This document shows positions 10,501-18,577 of a DNA stretch of 64,000 bases, piece by piece. The translations under genes and the position numbers were made by a program. The notes under the pieces were generated by a model. It had not been told where the DNA came from, did no database searches, and worked only from the letters and a program-made list of their open reading frames with translations. Position 1 is the first letter of the stretch. Every line of letters begins with the position of its first letter. The DNA is from an uncultured Gemmatimonadales bacterium (GTDB lineage: Bacteria > Gemmatimonadota > Gemmatimonadetes > Gemmatimonadales > Gemmatimonadaceae): contig CAWKNZ010000007.1 in NCBI GenBank assembly GCA_963851265.1, forward strand, positions 480,001-544,000, given 5' to 3'.

Positions 10501-10591
10501 GCCACGCTTCCGCGCGCCGAATGCTCGCGAGCAGATCGGCGCGGCGGTCGCTGCGGCGGAGGGCGGCGTCGAACAGTGTCCAGTCGATCAC
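7544..10591 (-). CDS. CHAT-domain (caspase-like) protease with long helical/TPR-like N-terminus
   Basis: LVVSPHRALHLFPF, VHLATHA (His), LVVLAACNSG (Cys), LGALWPV, YWAPY; Ala-rich helical N-terminal ~600 aa. Confidence 0.9.
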   Translation of the reverse strand: MIDWTLFDAALRRSDRRADLLASIRRAEAWLARPDPASLADYESAVATPDAARATYRALLLVRWRLMHELGLDLSPASVATLAERLAACEQQTAAAPERVDCERVRRATFAAAVTAVLVAAHPDVVIDTPSPAAQEAHDALIALGARAAPAVEACGLGAVTPDRLAALDAVLGEFDALAARIPPGDEFRPNLDHSRGHIALALGGGAALLGRATAALAWYGRAAEAFAAAAEPDHAADARARAAALRARVAADLDADAAQALGAVLASAADPLDRAADLAALARQNCAAGDYFEAARAAADATAALSDAGVADPEVAGADAAVAALIAAAAREGGNAFLQRCTTGVATWSGIAQARIAARRGDAADAARAEEMLAAVHAIGEEMTGRARASAAALDAELTPYGLAGAAPDAGAASEGWKWQQAVAAYDGRVQAALDACWALAPDAPCDDLAAEAAALATAGAGMPSAQRARGALLTANVKLQQGDADACRAALDDAATLVLEGRPPVPESFAGAYERQIYLDAQWTRMKAAGGEDPAGALAACVAAVSLVEALRAHVGDPYQQSAFFAATTWAYDYGVGIARRLGDWDTMLALMDAAKARGVLRRAPPPDAVTLERWREIDAESDATRRERRWSLETIARARAAAAPPTPTVAAVQGALAADEVVLAYYWITADLLVVAAIDAAGIDVARVAPTADDVQQLTDFTALLAGGRTNRNFSGFFDALGGRLMPDACRARMRGKRRLVVSPHRALHLFPFHAVDWDGAPLVETFAVRYVPNLGALLLDWTGPAGGAVLSVGCGTFDGPNAPPALADTEPEARDVGAAYAAQGRPVTVLTGGDASRARLAALAAALPDVATVHLATHAVSVLAPGAADDPLSTRVYLRDGSLDGIGVAALGLRAELVVLAACNSGQRAIAGRGLTELPGDDVFGIQAVLFASGVRCVLGALWPVASAAARPIMVHLHEALAAGDPPDVALQRALRAHRAGDPRLRNLAYWAPYYLVELGRLAPSAATPDA

Positions 10592-10729
10592 GGCACGATC
10601 ATACCGCGGCAGTCGCGGTTGGTAAGAGGGACCGCGGCGACGTGCGGCGTGCGTGCGCGCGGCGGGCTATGCTTGGGAGCGCCCGGCCGTCCGGCGGTGG
10701 GGCGTTCCCGGCCACCCGAAGCTCCCGTG

Positions 10730-12568
10730 ATGCCCGACGTGTTGCCGCGCGCCGACCACCCCGGCGAGTTCGCCCCGGCCGCCAAGCAGGCGGTCTACGA
10801 CGCGATCGCGGCGCGACGCGACATCCGGAACTTCCGCCCCGACGCGCTGCCCGACGACGTCGTGCGGCGCTTGCTGGAGGCCGCGCACCAGGCCGGCTCG
10901 GTGGGGCTGATGCAGCCGTGGGACTTCATCCTCCTGCGGTCACCGGAGCGGAAGGCCGAGGTCTACGCGCTGTTCCGGCGCGCGACCGAGCGGGCCGCGC
11001 TGCGCTACGACGGTGACCGGCGCGAGGCGTACGCCTCGCTCAAGCTGCAGGGCATTCTCGATGCGCCGCTCTGCATCTGCGTCACCTGCGACACCACGCG
11101 CGGTGGCCCGCACGTGCTGGGGCGCGACACCATCCCCGAGATGGACCGGTACAGCACGTGCCTCGCGGTCCAGAACCTCTGGCTCGCGGCGCGTGCCGAG
11201 GGCGTCGGCGTGGGGTGGGTGAGCATCGTCGACAACGACGAACTCGCGGCGGCACTCGGACTGCCGGCGGGGGTGGTGCCCATCGCGTTCCTGTGCGTGG
11301 GCTACCCGGTGGAGTTTCCTGGCGCGCCCATGCTGGCCACGAGCGGGTGGCGCGCGCGGCTCCCGTTGGACGCGCTCGTGCACGAGGAGCGGTGGTCCGG
11401 CGGGCCCGCGGACCGGGGTGCGGCCGCGCCAGCGACCACGGACCGTCTCGCGGCCGTCGCACACCCAGTCGACGGCGATGCCGACGCCGTGGGCGCGCTG
11501 GCCGGTGCGGTAGCCCCCGCCGACCACGGCGGCGTGCGCGAGGCGCGCGTGCGTCGGCGCTTCGACGCGCTCGCGGTCCCCCGCGGCAGTCTGGGGCGAC
11601 TCGAGGAGCTCGCGGTGTGGGTGGCGTGCGCGCAGGGCCGCGACGCGCCGAGCGCCGGGCGCACGCGGATGCTGGTGTTCGCCGGCGACCACGGCGTGAC
11701 GGCGGAGGGCGTGAGCGCGTACCGGCCGGAGGTCACGCGCCGCCTGTGCTACAACATGCTCGCGGGCGGTGCGGCCATCAACGCGCTGCTGCGGCCGACG
11801 GGGACGCCGCTCGCGGTGATCGACGTGGGCGTCGCGCACGCGTTCGACCCGTCGGCGGGGGTGGAGCACGCGAAGGTGGCGCGCGGGACGGCGAACATCG
11901 CCCGCGCCTCCGCGATGTCGCGCGCCGAGGCGTTCGCGAGCGTGGCGGCCGGCGCCGCCGCGGTGGAGCGGCACCTGCCGCTCGACGTGCTCGCGTTAGG
12001 CGAGGTGGGGATCGGGAACACGACGTCGGCGGCGGCGCTGCTCGCGGTGCTCACGGGCGCCGACGGCGACGCCGTGTCGGGCGCGGGGACGGGCGTCGGG
12101 CCGCGCGCGCGCGCGCGGAAGGCGCGGGTGATCGATGCGGTCGTCCGGCGCGCGCGGGCCGCGGCCGGGGACCTCGGCGCGCCGGACCCGATGCACGCGC
12201 TCGCGGAGGCCGGCGGCTTCGAGATCGGTGCGCTCGCGGGCGCGATCCTCGCCGCCGCCGCGCACCGCGTGCCGGTGGTGCTCGACGGCTTCATCACCGG
12301 TGTGGCCGCCATGGTCGCGGTCGCGCTCGCGCCGGACGCACGCGACTACCTCATCCCGTCCCACCGGTCGGCCGAGCGGGCACACGGCCGCGTGCTCGAC
12401 GCGCTCGGCCGACCGCCGCTGTTCGACCTCGCGCTGCGGCTCGGCGAGGGGTCGGGGGCCGCGCTCGCCCTCCCGCTCGTCGAGGCCGCGTGCGCGCTGC
12501 TCCGCGACGTGCGCACCTTCGCCGAGTCGGGGATCGAGCCGCCCGTCGACGCGCGTCAGGCGGAGTGA
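10730..12568 (+). CDS. bluB-cobT: Fused 5,6-dimethylbenzimidazole synthase BluB / phosphoribosyltransferase CobT
   Basis: N-half RRDIRNF, GSVGLMQPW, LKLQGILDAP, QNLWLAARAEGVGVGWVS; C-half GSLGRLEELA, FAGDHGV, GEVGIGNTT, LRLGEGSGA; single frame. Confidence 0.9.
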   Translation: MPDVLPRADHPGEFAPAAKQAVYDAIAARRDIRNFRPDALPDDVVRRLLEAAHQAGSVGLMQPWDFILLRSPERKAEVYALFRRATERAALRYDGDRREAYASLKLQGILDAPLCICVTCDTTRGGPHVLGRDTIPEMDRYSTCLAVQNLWLAARAEGVGVGWVSIVDNDELAAALGLPAGVVPIAFLCVGYPVEFPGAPMLATSGWRARLPLDALVHEERWSGGPADRGAAAPATTDRLAAVAHPVDGDADAVGALAGAVAPADHGGVREARVRRRFDALAVPRGSLGRLEELAVWVACAQGRDAPSAGRTRMLVFAGDHGVTAEGVSAYRPEVTRRLCYNMLAGGAAINALLRPTGTPLAVIDVGVAHAFDPSAGVEHAKVARGTANIARASAMSRAEAFASVAAGAAAVERHLPLDVLALGEVGIGNTTSAAALLAVLTGADGDAVSGAGTGVGPRARARKARVIDAVVRRARAAAGDLGAPDPMHALAEAGGFEIGALAGAILAAAAHRVPVVLDGFITGVAAMVAVALAPDARDYLIPSHRSAERAHGRVLDALGRPPLFDLALRLGEGSGAALALPLVEAACALLRDVRTFAESGIEPPVDARQAE

Positions 12569-12701
12569 GCGCGGGAGCGACGGACAGGCGCGACGGCGAT
12601 AGGCAAAGGCGCCGCGGGCTGACATCTTCGGGGCAGCGGCGCCGGTAGCACCCTCGCCACTCCGCCACGCCACCGCGCACCTCGTCCAGCGTCCCGCCCC
12701 C

Positions 12702-13370
12702 GTGTTCCGACCGCCCTCCACCGGCTTCGTCCCGAGCCGCGTCCGCCTGGCGCTCCCGCTCGGCGCGCTTCTGTGCGCCGCGGTCGCGTGCGACCGACCG
12801 CGCCAGCCGCCCGCGGCGACACCGACCGCCGCCGTGGCGCCGGCGGCTCCCGCGCCGCCGCCGCGGCCCGCCCCGCCGCCTCCTCGCCCGCTGGCCGACA
12901 TGCGCCTCGAGGTCGACACGCGCGCGCGGCGCGTGCTCGTGTTCCACCACGACTCGCAGACCGCCACGTACCCCGTCGCGGTCGGGTCGCCGGAGTGGCC
13001 CACGCGGCACGGCACGTGGAAGGTCGTGCAGGTGATCTGGAATCCGGAGTGGCGGCCGCCGGAGGAGTCGTGGGCCGCGGACCTCAAGCGGCGCGGGCCG
13101 GGCGATCCGGAGAACCCGCTGGGACACCTGCAGCTCGTCTACGACCCGCCGCGCACGATCCACGGCACCAACCACCCGTCGTCGGTCGGGAAGGCCGTGT
13201 CGCACGGCTCGATCCGCATGCGCGACGCCGAGATCACCGCGCTCGCCCGCGACGTGATGGAGGCCGCGGGGGTGGGGCGCGACTCGGCGTGGGTGGCGCG
13301 GGTCAAGGCGAACCGGCACGAGAAGCTGATCATCGACCTGCCGCGCGTCGTGCCGATCCGCGTGCACTGA
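12702..13370 (+). CDS. L,D-transpeptidase (YkuD) lipoprotein
   Basis: Lipobox-like AVAC, YPVAVG, NPLG, IHGT, SHGSIRM (Ser at the usual catalytic Cys). Confidence 0.85.
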   Translation: MFRPPSTGFVPSRVRLALPLGALLCAAVACDRPRQPPAATPTAAVAPAAPAPPPRPAPPPPRPLADMRLEVDTRARRVLVFHHDSQTATYPVAVGSPEWPTRHGTWKVVQVIWNPEWRPPEESWAADLKRRGPGDPENPLGHLQLVYDPPRTIHGTNHPSSVGKAVSHGSIRMRDAEITALARDVMEAAGVGRDSAWVARVKANRHEKLIIDLPRVVPIRVH

Positions 13371-13385
13371 CGTACACTGCCGGCC

Positions 13386-14978
13386 ATGCTCAACCTCGCT
13401 ATGATCGTCGAGCACCACGCCCGCCTGCACCCCGAGCGCGAGGCGATCGTGTGCGGCCCGGCGCGCCTGACGTACGCCGCGCTCGACGAGGCGGCGTGCC
13501 GCGTCGCGGGCGCGCTGCGCGCGTTAGGCGTGCGCCCGGGCGACCACGTGGCGCTGTCGTGTCCCAACACGCCGCACTTCCCGGTCGCGTACTTCGGCAT
13601 TCTGAAGGCCGGCGCCGCGGTCGTGCCGCTCAACGTGCTGCTCAAGCCGCGCGAGATCGCCTACCACCTGCGCGACGCCGACGCGGTGGCGTATCTCTGC
13701 TACGAGGGCACGGCCGAGCTGCCCATGGCGCGGATGGGGTACGACGGCTTCCGCGAGGCCGCCGCGGCGGCGGACGCGACGTGCACGCGATTCGTCGTGA
13801 TGGCGGCCGATCCGAGCGGCGCGTCGCCGGTGGCCGGGGCGCTCACGCTCGACGCACTCGTGCGCGACCAGCCGCCGCGGTGCGAGACGACGCTCCGCGC
13901 CCCCGACGACACCGCCGTGATCCTCTACACGTCGGGCACGACGGGGCAGCCGAAGGGGGCGGAGCTGACGCACGCCAACATGCTGCTCAACGCGACGGCG
14001 GCGCGCGAGATGGCGCTCGGCGCGCTCGGGCTCGAGGCGTCGACGGCGCTGTGTGTGCTGCCACTGTTCCACTCGTTCGGACAGACGTCGGTCATGAACG
14101 CGAGCCTGTACCACGGCAGCCGCGTGGTGCTCGTGCCGCGCTTCGAGCCCGCGGCGGTGCTCGACCTGATGGTGCGCGAGCGGGTCAACGCGTTCGCCGG
14201 CGTGCCGACGATGTACTGGGCGCTGCTGCGCCACGCGGAGGAGCAGGGCACCGCCACCGCGCCGATCGCGGCGCACCTGCGCATGTGTCTGTCCGGGGGC
14301 GCGCCGATCCCGGTCGAGATCCTGCGCGCCTTCGACCAGCGCTTCGGCGTCGAGATCCTCGAGGGGTACGGGCTGTCCGAGACGTCGCCGGTGGCGACGT
14401 TCAACCAGATCGGTCGGCCGAGGAAGCCGGGGTCGATCGGACTGCCGATCTGGGGGTGCGAGGTGCGCGTGGTGGACGCCGACGACCGCGAGCTGCCGCC
14501 CGAGACGCTCGGCGAGATCGTGATCCGCGGGCACAATGTGATGAAGGGCTACTATGAACGCCCCGAGGCCACGGCCGAGGCGATGCGCGGCGGCTGGTTC
14601 CACACGGGCGACCTCGCCCGCGTGGACGCCGAGGGGTACTTCTACATCGCGGACCGCGTGAAGGACATGATCATCCGCGGCGGGCTGAACGTGTACCCGC
14701 GCGAGGTCGAGGAGGTGCTGCACGCGCACCCGGCGGTGTCGAGCGCGGCGGTGATCGGCGTGCCGCACGCGGAGCACGGGGAGGAGGTGATGGCGTACGT
14801 GATCCGGAAGCCCGGCGCGGCGCTCACCGAGGCGGCGCTGATCGCGTGGGCGCGCGACGAGATGGCGGCGTACAAGTACCCGCGCGTGGTGGAGTTCGTG
14901 GACGCGCTGCCCATGACGTCCACGGGCAAGGTGCTCAAGCGCGAGCTGCGCGCGCGAGTCGGGGCGGGCATCGCCTGA
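13386..14978 (+). CDS. Long-chain fatty acid--CoA ligase
   Basis: YTSGTTGQPKG, EGYGLSET, FHTGD, TGKVLKREL. Confidence 0.95.
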   Translation: MLNLAMIVEHHARLHPEREAIVCGPARLTYAALDEAACRVAGALRALGVRPGDHVALSCPNTPHFPVAYFGILKAGAAVVPLNVLLKPREIAYHLRDADAVAYLCYEGTAELPMARMGYDGFREAAAAADATCTRFVVMAADPSGASPVAGALTLDALVRDQPPRCETTLRAPDDTAVILYTSGTTGQPKGAELTHANMLLNATAAREMALGALGLEASTALCVLPLFHSFGQTSVMNASLYHGSRVVLVPRFEPAAVLDLMVRERVNAFAGVPTMYWALLRHAEEQGTATAPIAAHLRMCLSGGAPIPVEILRAFDQRFGVEILEGYGLSETSPVATFNQIGRPRKPGSIGLPIWGCEVRVVDADDRELPPETLGEIVIRGHNVMKGYYERPEATAEAMRGGWFHTGDLARVDAEGYFYIADRVKDMIIRGGLNVYPREVEEVLHAHPAVSSAAVIGVPHAEHGEEVMAYVIRKPGAALTEAALIAWARDEMAAYKYPRVVEFVDALPMTSTGKVLKRELRARVGAGIA

Positions 14979-14987
14979 CGCGGGCCG

Positions 14988-16133
14988 GTGCCGGTGACGG
15001 GGTTCACGTTCGAGACGACGCCGCGGGTCGTCTGCGCGGACGGCGCGGCCGCGGGGCTCGGCGCGCTCGCGCGCGAGTTGGGGATGACGCGCGCCCTCGT
15101 CGTCACCGACCGCGGGCTGCTGGGCGCCGGCGCGCTCGGGCCCGCGCTGGCGAGCTTCGAGGCGGCGGGCGTGCAGGCGGTGGTGTTCGCGGACGTGCTC
15201 CCCGACCCGCCCGAGTCGTGCGTCGAGGCGGCCGTCGGGCTGGCGCGCGAGCGGCGCGTCGACGGCGTCGTCGGACTCGGCGGCGGGAGTTCGATGGACA
15301 CGGCGAAGCTCGCCGCGCTGCTGGCCGCGTCGGGCGAGGCGCTCACCGCGACGTACGGCGTCGACGTCGCGCGCGGGCCGCGGCTGCCACTGGTGCAGGT
15401 GCCGACCACGGCCGGCACGGGGTCGGAGGTGACCCCGATCGCGATCGTGACCACGCCGTCCAACGAGAAGCAGGGCGTCGTCTCGCGCCACCTGCTGCCC
15501 GACGTCGCCGTGCTCGACGCGACGCTCACGCTCGGCCTGCCGCCGCGGGCGACGGCGATGACCGGGATCGACGCGATGGTGCACGCGATCGAGGCGTACA
15601 CGTCGCGGCACAAGAAGAACGTCGTCTCGGACACGCTCGGCGTGCGGGCCCTCGGGCTGCTCTCGACGCACATCCGGCGCGCGATCGCGGACGGGGCGGA
15701 CCTCGACGCGCGGCGCGCGATGCTGCAGGGCGCGACCCTCGCGGGGATGGCGTTCGCCAACGCGCCGGTGGCCGCGGTGCACGCGCTCGCCTACCCGCTC
15801 GGCGGGCACTTCCACGTGCCGCACGGGCTGAGCAACGCGCTCGTGCTGCTGCCCGTGCTGGAGTTCAATCTGCCGGTCGCGGACGCGCACTACGGCGAAC
15901 TGGCGCCCGCGATCGCCGGCGCGGAGGACGCGACGGGGCGCGGCTTCGTGCGGGCGGTCGAGGCGCTGGTCGCGGCGATGCCGCTCGAGCGCCGGTTGCG
16001 CGACGTCGGCGTGCGCGAGGCCGACCTGCCGACGCTCGCCGCGGACGCGATGCGCGTGCAGCGTCTGCTCGTGAACAACCCGCGCGAGGTCACGTACGAC
16101 GACGCGCTCGCCATGTACCGCCGGGCGCTCTGA
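14988..16133 (+). CDS. Iron-containing alcohol dehydrogenase
   Basis: GGGSSMDTAK, PTTAGTGSE, DAMVHAIE, HAL, HG metal ligands. Confidence 0.95.
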   Translation: MPVTGFTFETTPRVVCADGAAAGLGALARELGMTRALVVTDRGLLGAGALGPALASFEAAGVQAVVFADVLPDPPESCVEAAVGLARERRVDGVVGLGGGSSMDTAKLAALLAASGEALTATYGVDVARGPRLPLVQVPTTAGTGSEVTPIAIVTTPSNEKQGVVSRHLLPDVAVLDATLTLGLPPRATAMTGIDAMVHAIEAYTSRHKKNVVSDTLGVRALGLLSTHIRRAIADGADLDARRAMLQGATLAGMAFANAPVAAVHALAYPLGGHFHVPHGLSNALVLLPVLEFNLPVADAHYGELAPAIAGAEDATGRGFVRAVEALVAAMPLERRLRDVGVREADLPTLAADAMRVQRLLVNNPREVTYDDALAMYRRAL

Positions 16134-16147
16134 GACCCCGTCCTCCC

Positions 16148-16582
16148 ATGCCGCCGGCCGAGGCACCCGAGACGCGCGACCGCTACGCCCACGTCACGAC
16201 GCTCGACACGCGGTGGATGGACAACGACGCGTACGGGCACGTGAACAACGTGGTCTACTACAGCTTCTTCGACACCGCGGTGAACCGGTGGCTGATCGAG
16301 CGTGGCGTGCTGCAGGTGGCGACGAGCGCGGCGATCGGGCTGGTGGTCGAGACGCAGTGCCGGTACCTCAAGCCGATCGCGTTCCCCGACCGGGTCGCGG
16401 CCGGGCTGCGCGTGGCGCACGTCGGGCGGTCGAGCGTGCGATACGAGATCGGGCTGTTTCGGAACGACGACGACGACGCGGCCGCGTCGGGACATTTCGT
16501 GCACGTCTACGTGGACCGCGTCACGCGCCGGACGACCCCGGTGCCCGAGGACGTGCGGGCGGCGCTCGCGGCGCTGCGCTAA
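16148..16582 (+). CDS. Acyl-CoA thioesterase (hot-dog fold)
   Basis: TRWMDNDAYGHVNNVVYYSFFD. Confidence 0.9.
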   Translation: MPPAEAPETRDRYAHVTTLDTRWMDNDAYGHVNNVVYYSFFDTAVNRWLIERGVLQVATSAAIGLVVETQCRYLKPIAFPDRVAAGLRVAHVGRSSVRYEIGLFRNDDDDAAASGHFVHVYVDRVTRRTTPVPEDVRAALAALR

Positions 16583-16601
16583 CCCCTTCCAGGAACGATT
16601 C

Positions 16602-17708
16602 GTGTCGAAAGTGAAGATCGGGATCATCGGCTCGCGATTCCAGGCGGACTGCATCGCGGCGTCCGTCGCGGCGATGCCCGACGAGGCGGAGGTCGTCGCG
16701 GTCGCCTCGCCGTCGCCGGGCAACGCGGAGGCGTTCGCGCGACGGCACGGCATTCCGGCGTTCCACGCCGACTATCGCGAGATGCTGCGCGACCCGGCGG
16801 TCGAGCTGGTCGCGATCACCGCGCCCAACAACCTGCACGCGCGTATGACCGTCGACGCGGCGCGCGCGGGCAAGCACGTGGTCTGCGAGAAGCCGCTCTG
16901 CGTGACGCTCGAGGAAGCGGACGAGATGATCGACGCGTGCGCGCGCGCAGGGGTACTGCTGCTGTACGCGGAGGAGTTGTTCTTCGCGCCGAAGTACGTG
17001 AAGGCCAAGCAGATGGCCGACGAGGGCGCGTTCGGGCGCGTGCACCTCGTGAAGCAGGGGGAGAAGCACTCGGGGCCCCACGCGGACTGGTTCTGGGACG
17101 TGAACCAGTCGGGCGGGGGCACGCTGATGGACCTCGGCTGTCACGGGATCGCCTTCTGCTGGTGGTTCCTCGGCAAGCCGAAAGTGAAGAGCGTCTACGC
17201 GCAGCTGTCGACGCAGGTGCACGGTGCGCGCACGGCCGGCGACGACGAGGCGCTGTGCGTGATCGAATTCGAGGGCGGGGCGGTCGGCGTGGTCGAGAAC
17301 AGCTGGACCAAGCCCGGCGGGATGGACGACACGATCGAGGTGTTCGGAGACAAGGGGCAGACGTACGCCGACCTGCTGATGGGGAACGCGCTCGCCACGT
17401 ACAGCGACGTGGGCTTCGGCTACGCGGTCGAGAAAGCGTCGACGACGCGCGGGTGGACCTACCCGGTGTTCGAGGAGCACTGGAACTACGGCTTCCCGCA
17501 GGAGATGCGGCACTTCGCCCGGTGCGTGCGCGGCAAGGAGGCGCCGATCTCGGACGGCGAGACGGGGCGGGTCGTGCAGGAGGTGCTGTACGCGGCGTAC
17601 GCGTCCGCGGGGCTCGGGCGGAAGGTCGCGCTGCCGTTCCGGCCGCGCGGGATCGCCCGGCCGATCGACCTGTGGAAGCGGCCGGAGCTGGCGCAGGGCG
17701 CGCCGTGA
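16602..17708 (+). CDS. Gfo/Idh/MocA family oxidoreductase
   Basis: KIGIIG, GKHVVCEKP, GGGTLMDLGCH. Confidence 0.92.
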   Translation: MSKVKIGIIGSRFQADCIAASVAAMPDEAEVVAVASPSPGNAEAFARRHGIPAFHADYREMLRDPAVELVAITAPNNLHARMTVDAARAGKHVVCEKPLCVTLEEADEMIDACARAGVLLLYAEELFFAPKYVKAKQMADEGAFGRVHLVKQGEKHSGPHADWFWDVNQSGGGTLMDLGCHGIAFCWWFLGKPKVKSVYAQLSTQVHGARTAGDDEALCVIEFEGGAVGVVENSWTKPGGMDDTIEVFGDKGQTYADLLMGNALATYSDVGFGYAVEKASTTRGWTYPVFEEHWNYGFPQEMRHFARCVRGKEAPISDGETGRVVQEVLYAAYASAGLGRKVALPFRPRGIARPIDLWKRPELAQGAP

Positions 17709-18538
17709 GTGCGGCCGAGGGGCCGACGGCGGGGGAATCGACGTCGGGCACGCCGGCGCCGGTGCGCGTGCTCCCGTCGCCCGAGGCGATCGGCGAGTTG
17801 CTGGCGGACCGCGTGCTCGCCGGGGTCGAGGCCGCGCGCGTCTCGGGTCGACCGTTCCTCCTGGGCTGCCCGACCGGACGCACGCCGCGGCCGATCTACG
17901 CCGCGATGGCGCGGCGGGTAGCGGGGCGGCGGCAGGATCTCCGCCAGCTCGTGCTCGTGATGATGGACGAGTACCTCGTGCCCGGCCCCGACGGCACGCT
18001 CGTCCACGCCTCGCCGGACCGGCCGTGGTCGTGTCGCCGCTTCGCCGAGTCCGAGATCGTCGAGCCGATCAACGCCGCGCTCGGGCCAGGGGACCGAATC
18101 CCGGAGGACTCGGTCTGGCTACCCGACCCGCGCGACCCCGCCGCGTACGACGTGCGGATCGCCGTGGCTGGGGGGATCGACCTCTTCCTGCTCGCGTCGG
18201 GGGCGAGCGACGGGCACGTCGCGTTCAACCCGCCTGGGAGCCCGCGCGAGAGCCGGACGCGGGTGATCCCGCTTTCGGACGAGACACGGCGCGACAACCT
18301 CGCGACGTTCCCGAGCTTCGGCACCGTAGCGGCCGTGCCGCACCACGGCGTGAGCGTGGGGATCGCGACGATCGCCGAGGCGCGCGCGGCGGTGATGGTC
18401 GCGTGGGGCGCCGGGAAGCGCGAGACGGTCGCGCGGATGCGCGCGGCCGGGAGCTACGACGCCGCGTGGCCGGCGACCATCGTCCACGAGTGCGCCGCGG
18501 CGGAGATCGTCTGCGACGCGGAGGCCGCCGGGGCGTGA
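17705..18538 (+). CDS. Glucosamine-6-phosphate deaminase (NagB)-like protein
   Basis: GCPTGRTP, MDEY, GGIDL, DGHVAFNPPGS; GTGA overlap with the upstream gene. Confidence 0.8.
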   Translation: MSAAEGPTAGESTSGTPAPVRVLPSPEAIGELLADRVLAGVEAARVSGRPFLLGCPTGRTPRPIYAAMARRVAGRRQDLRQLVLVMMDEYLVPGPDGTLVHASPDRPWSCRRFAESEIVEPINAALGPGDRIPEDSVWLPDPRDPAAYDVRIAVAGGIDLFLLASGASDGHVAFNPPGSPRESRTRVIPLSDETRRDNLATFPSFGTVAAVPHHGVSVGIATIAEARAAVMVAWGAGKRETVARMRAAGSYDAAWPATIVHECAAAEIVCDAEAAGA

Positions 18539-18577
18539 CGCATCGCCTGACGCGCGCCCGGGCGGCGCCGCGGCGCG

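Noticed and set aside
10592..10729. Possible cobalamin riboswitch upstream of bluB-cobT (GGTAAGAGGGA)
   Set aside because: The downstream conserved elements (GCCCCCGC, ACTGT, B12 box) are not present and the space is short
13386..14978. CoA ligase as the p-coumaroyl-CoA ligase for PYP
   Set aside because: It is about 12 kb away, looks like an ordinary long-chain acyl-CoA ligase and sits with an alcohol dehydrogenase and a thioesterase; not supportable from sequence alone
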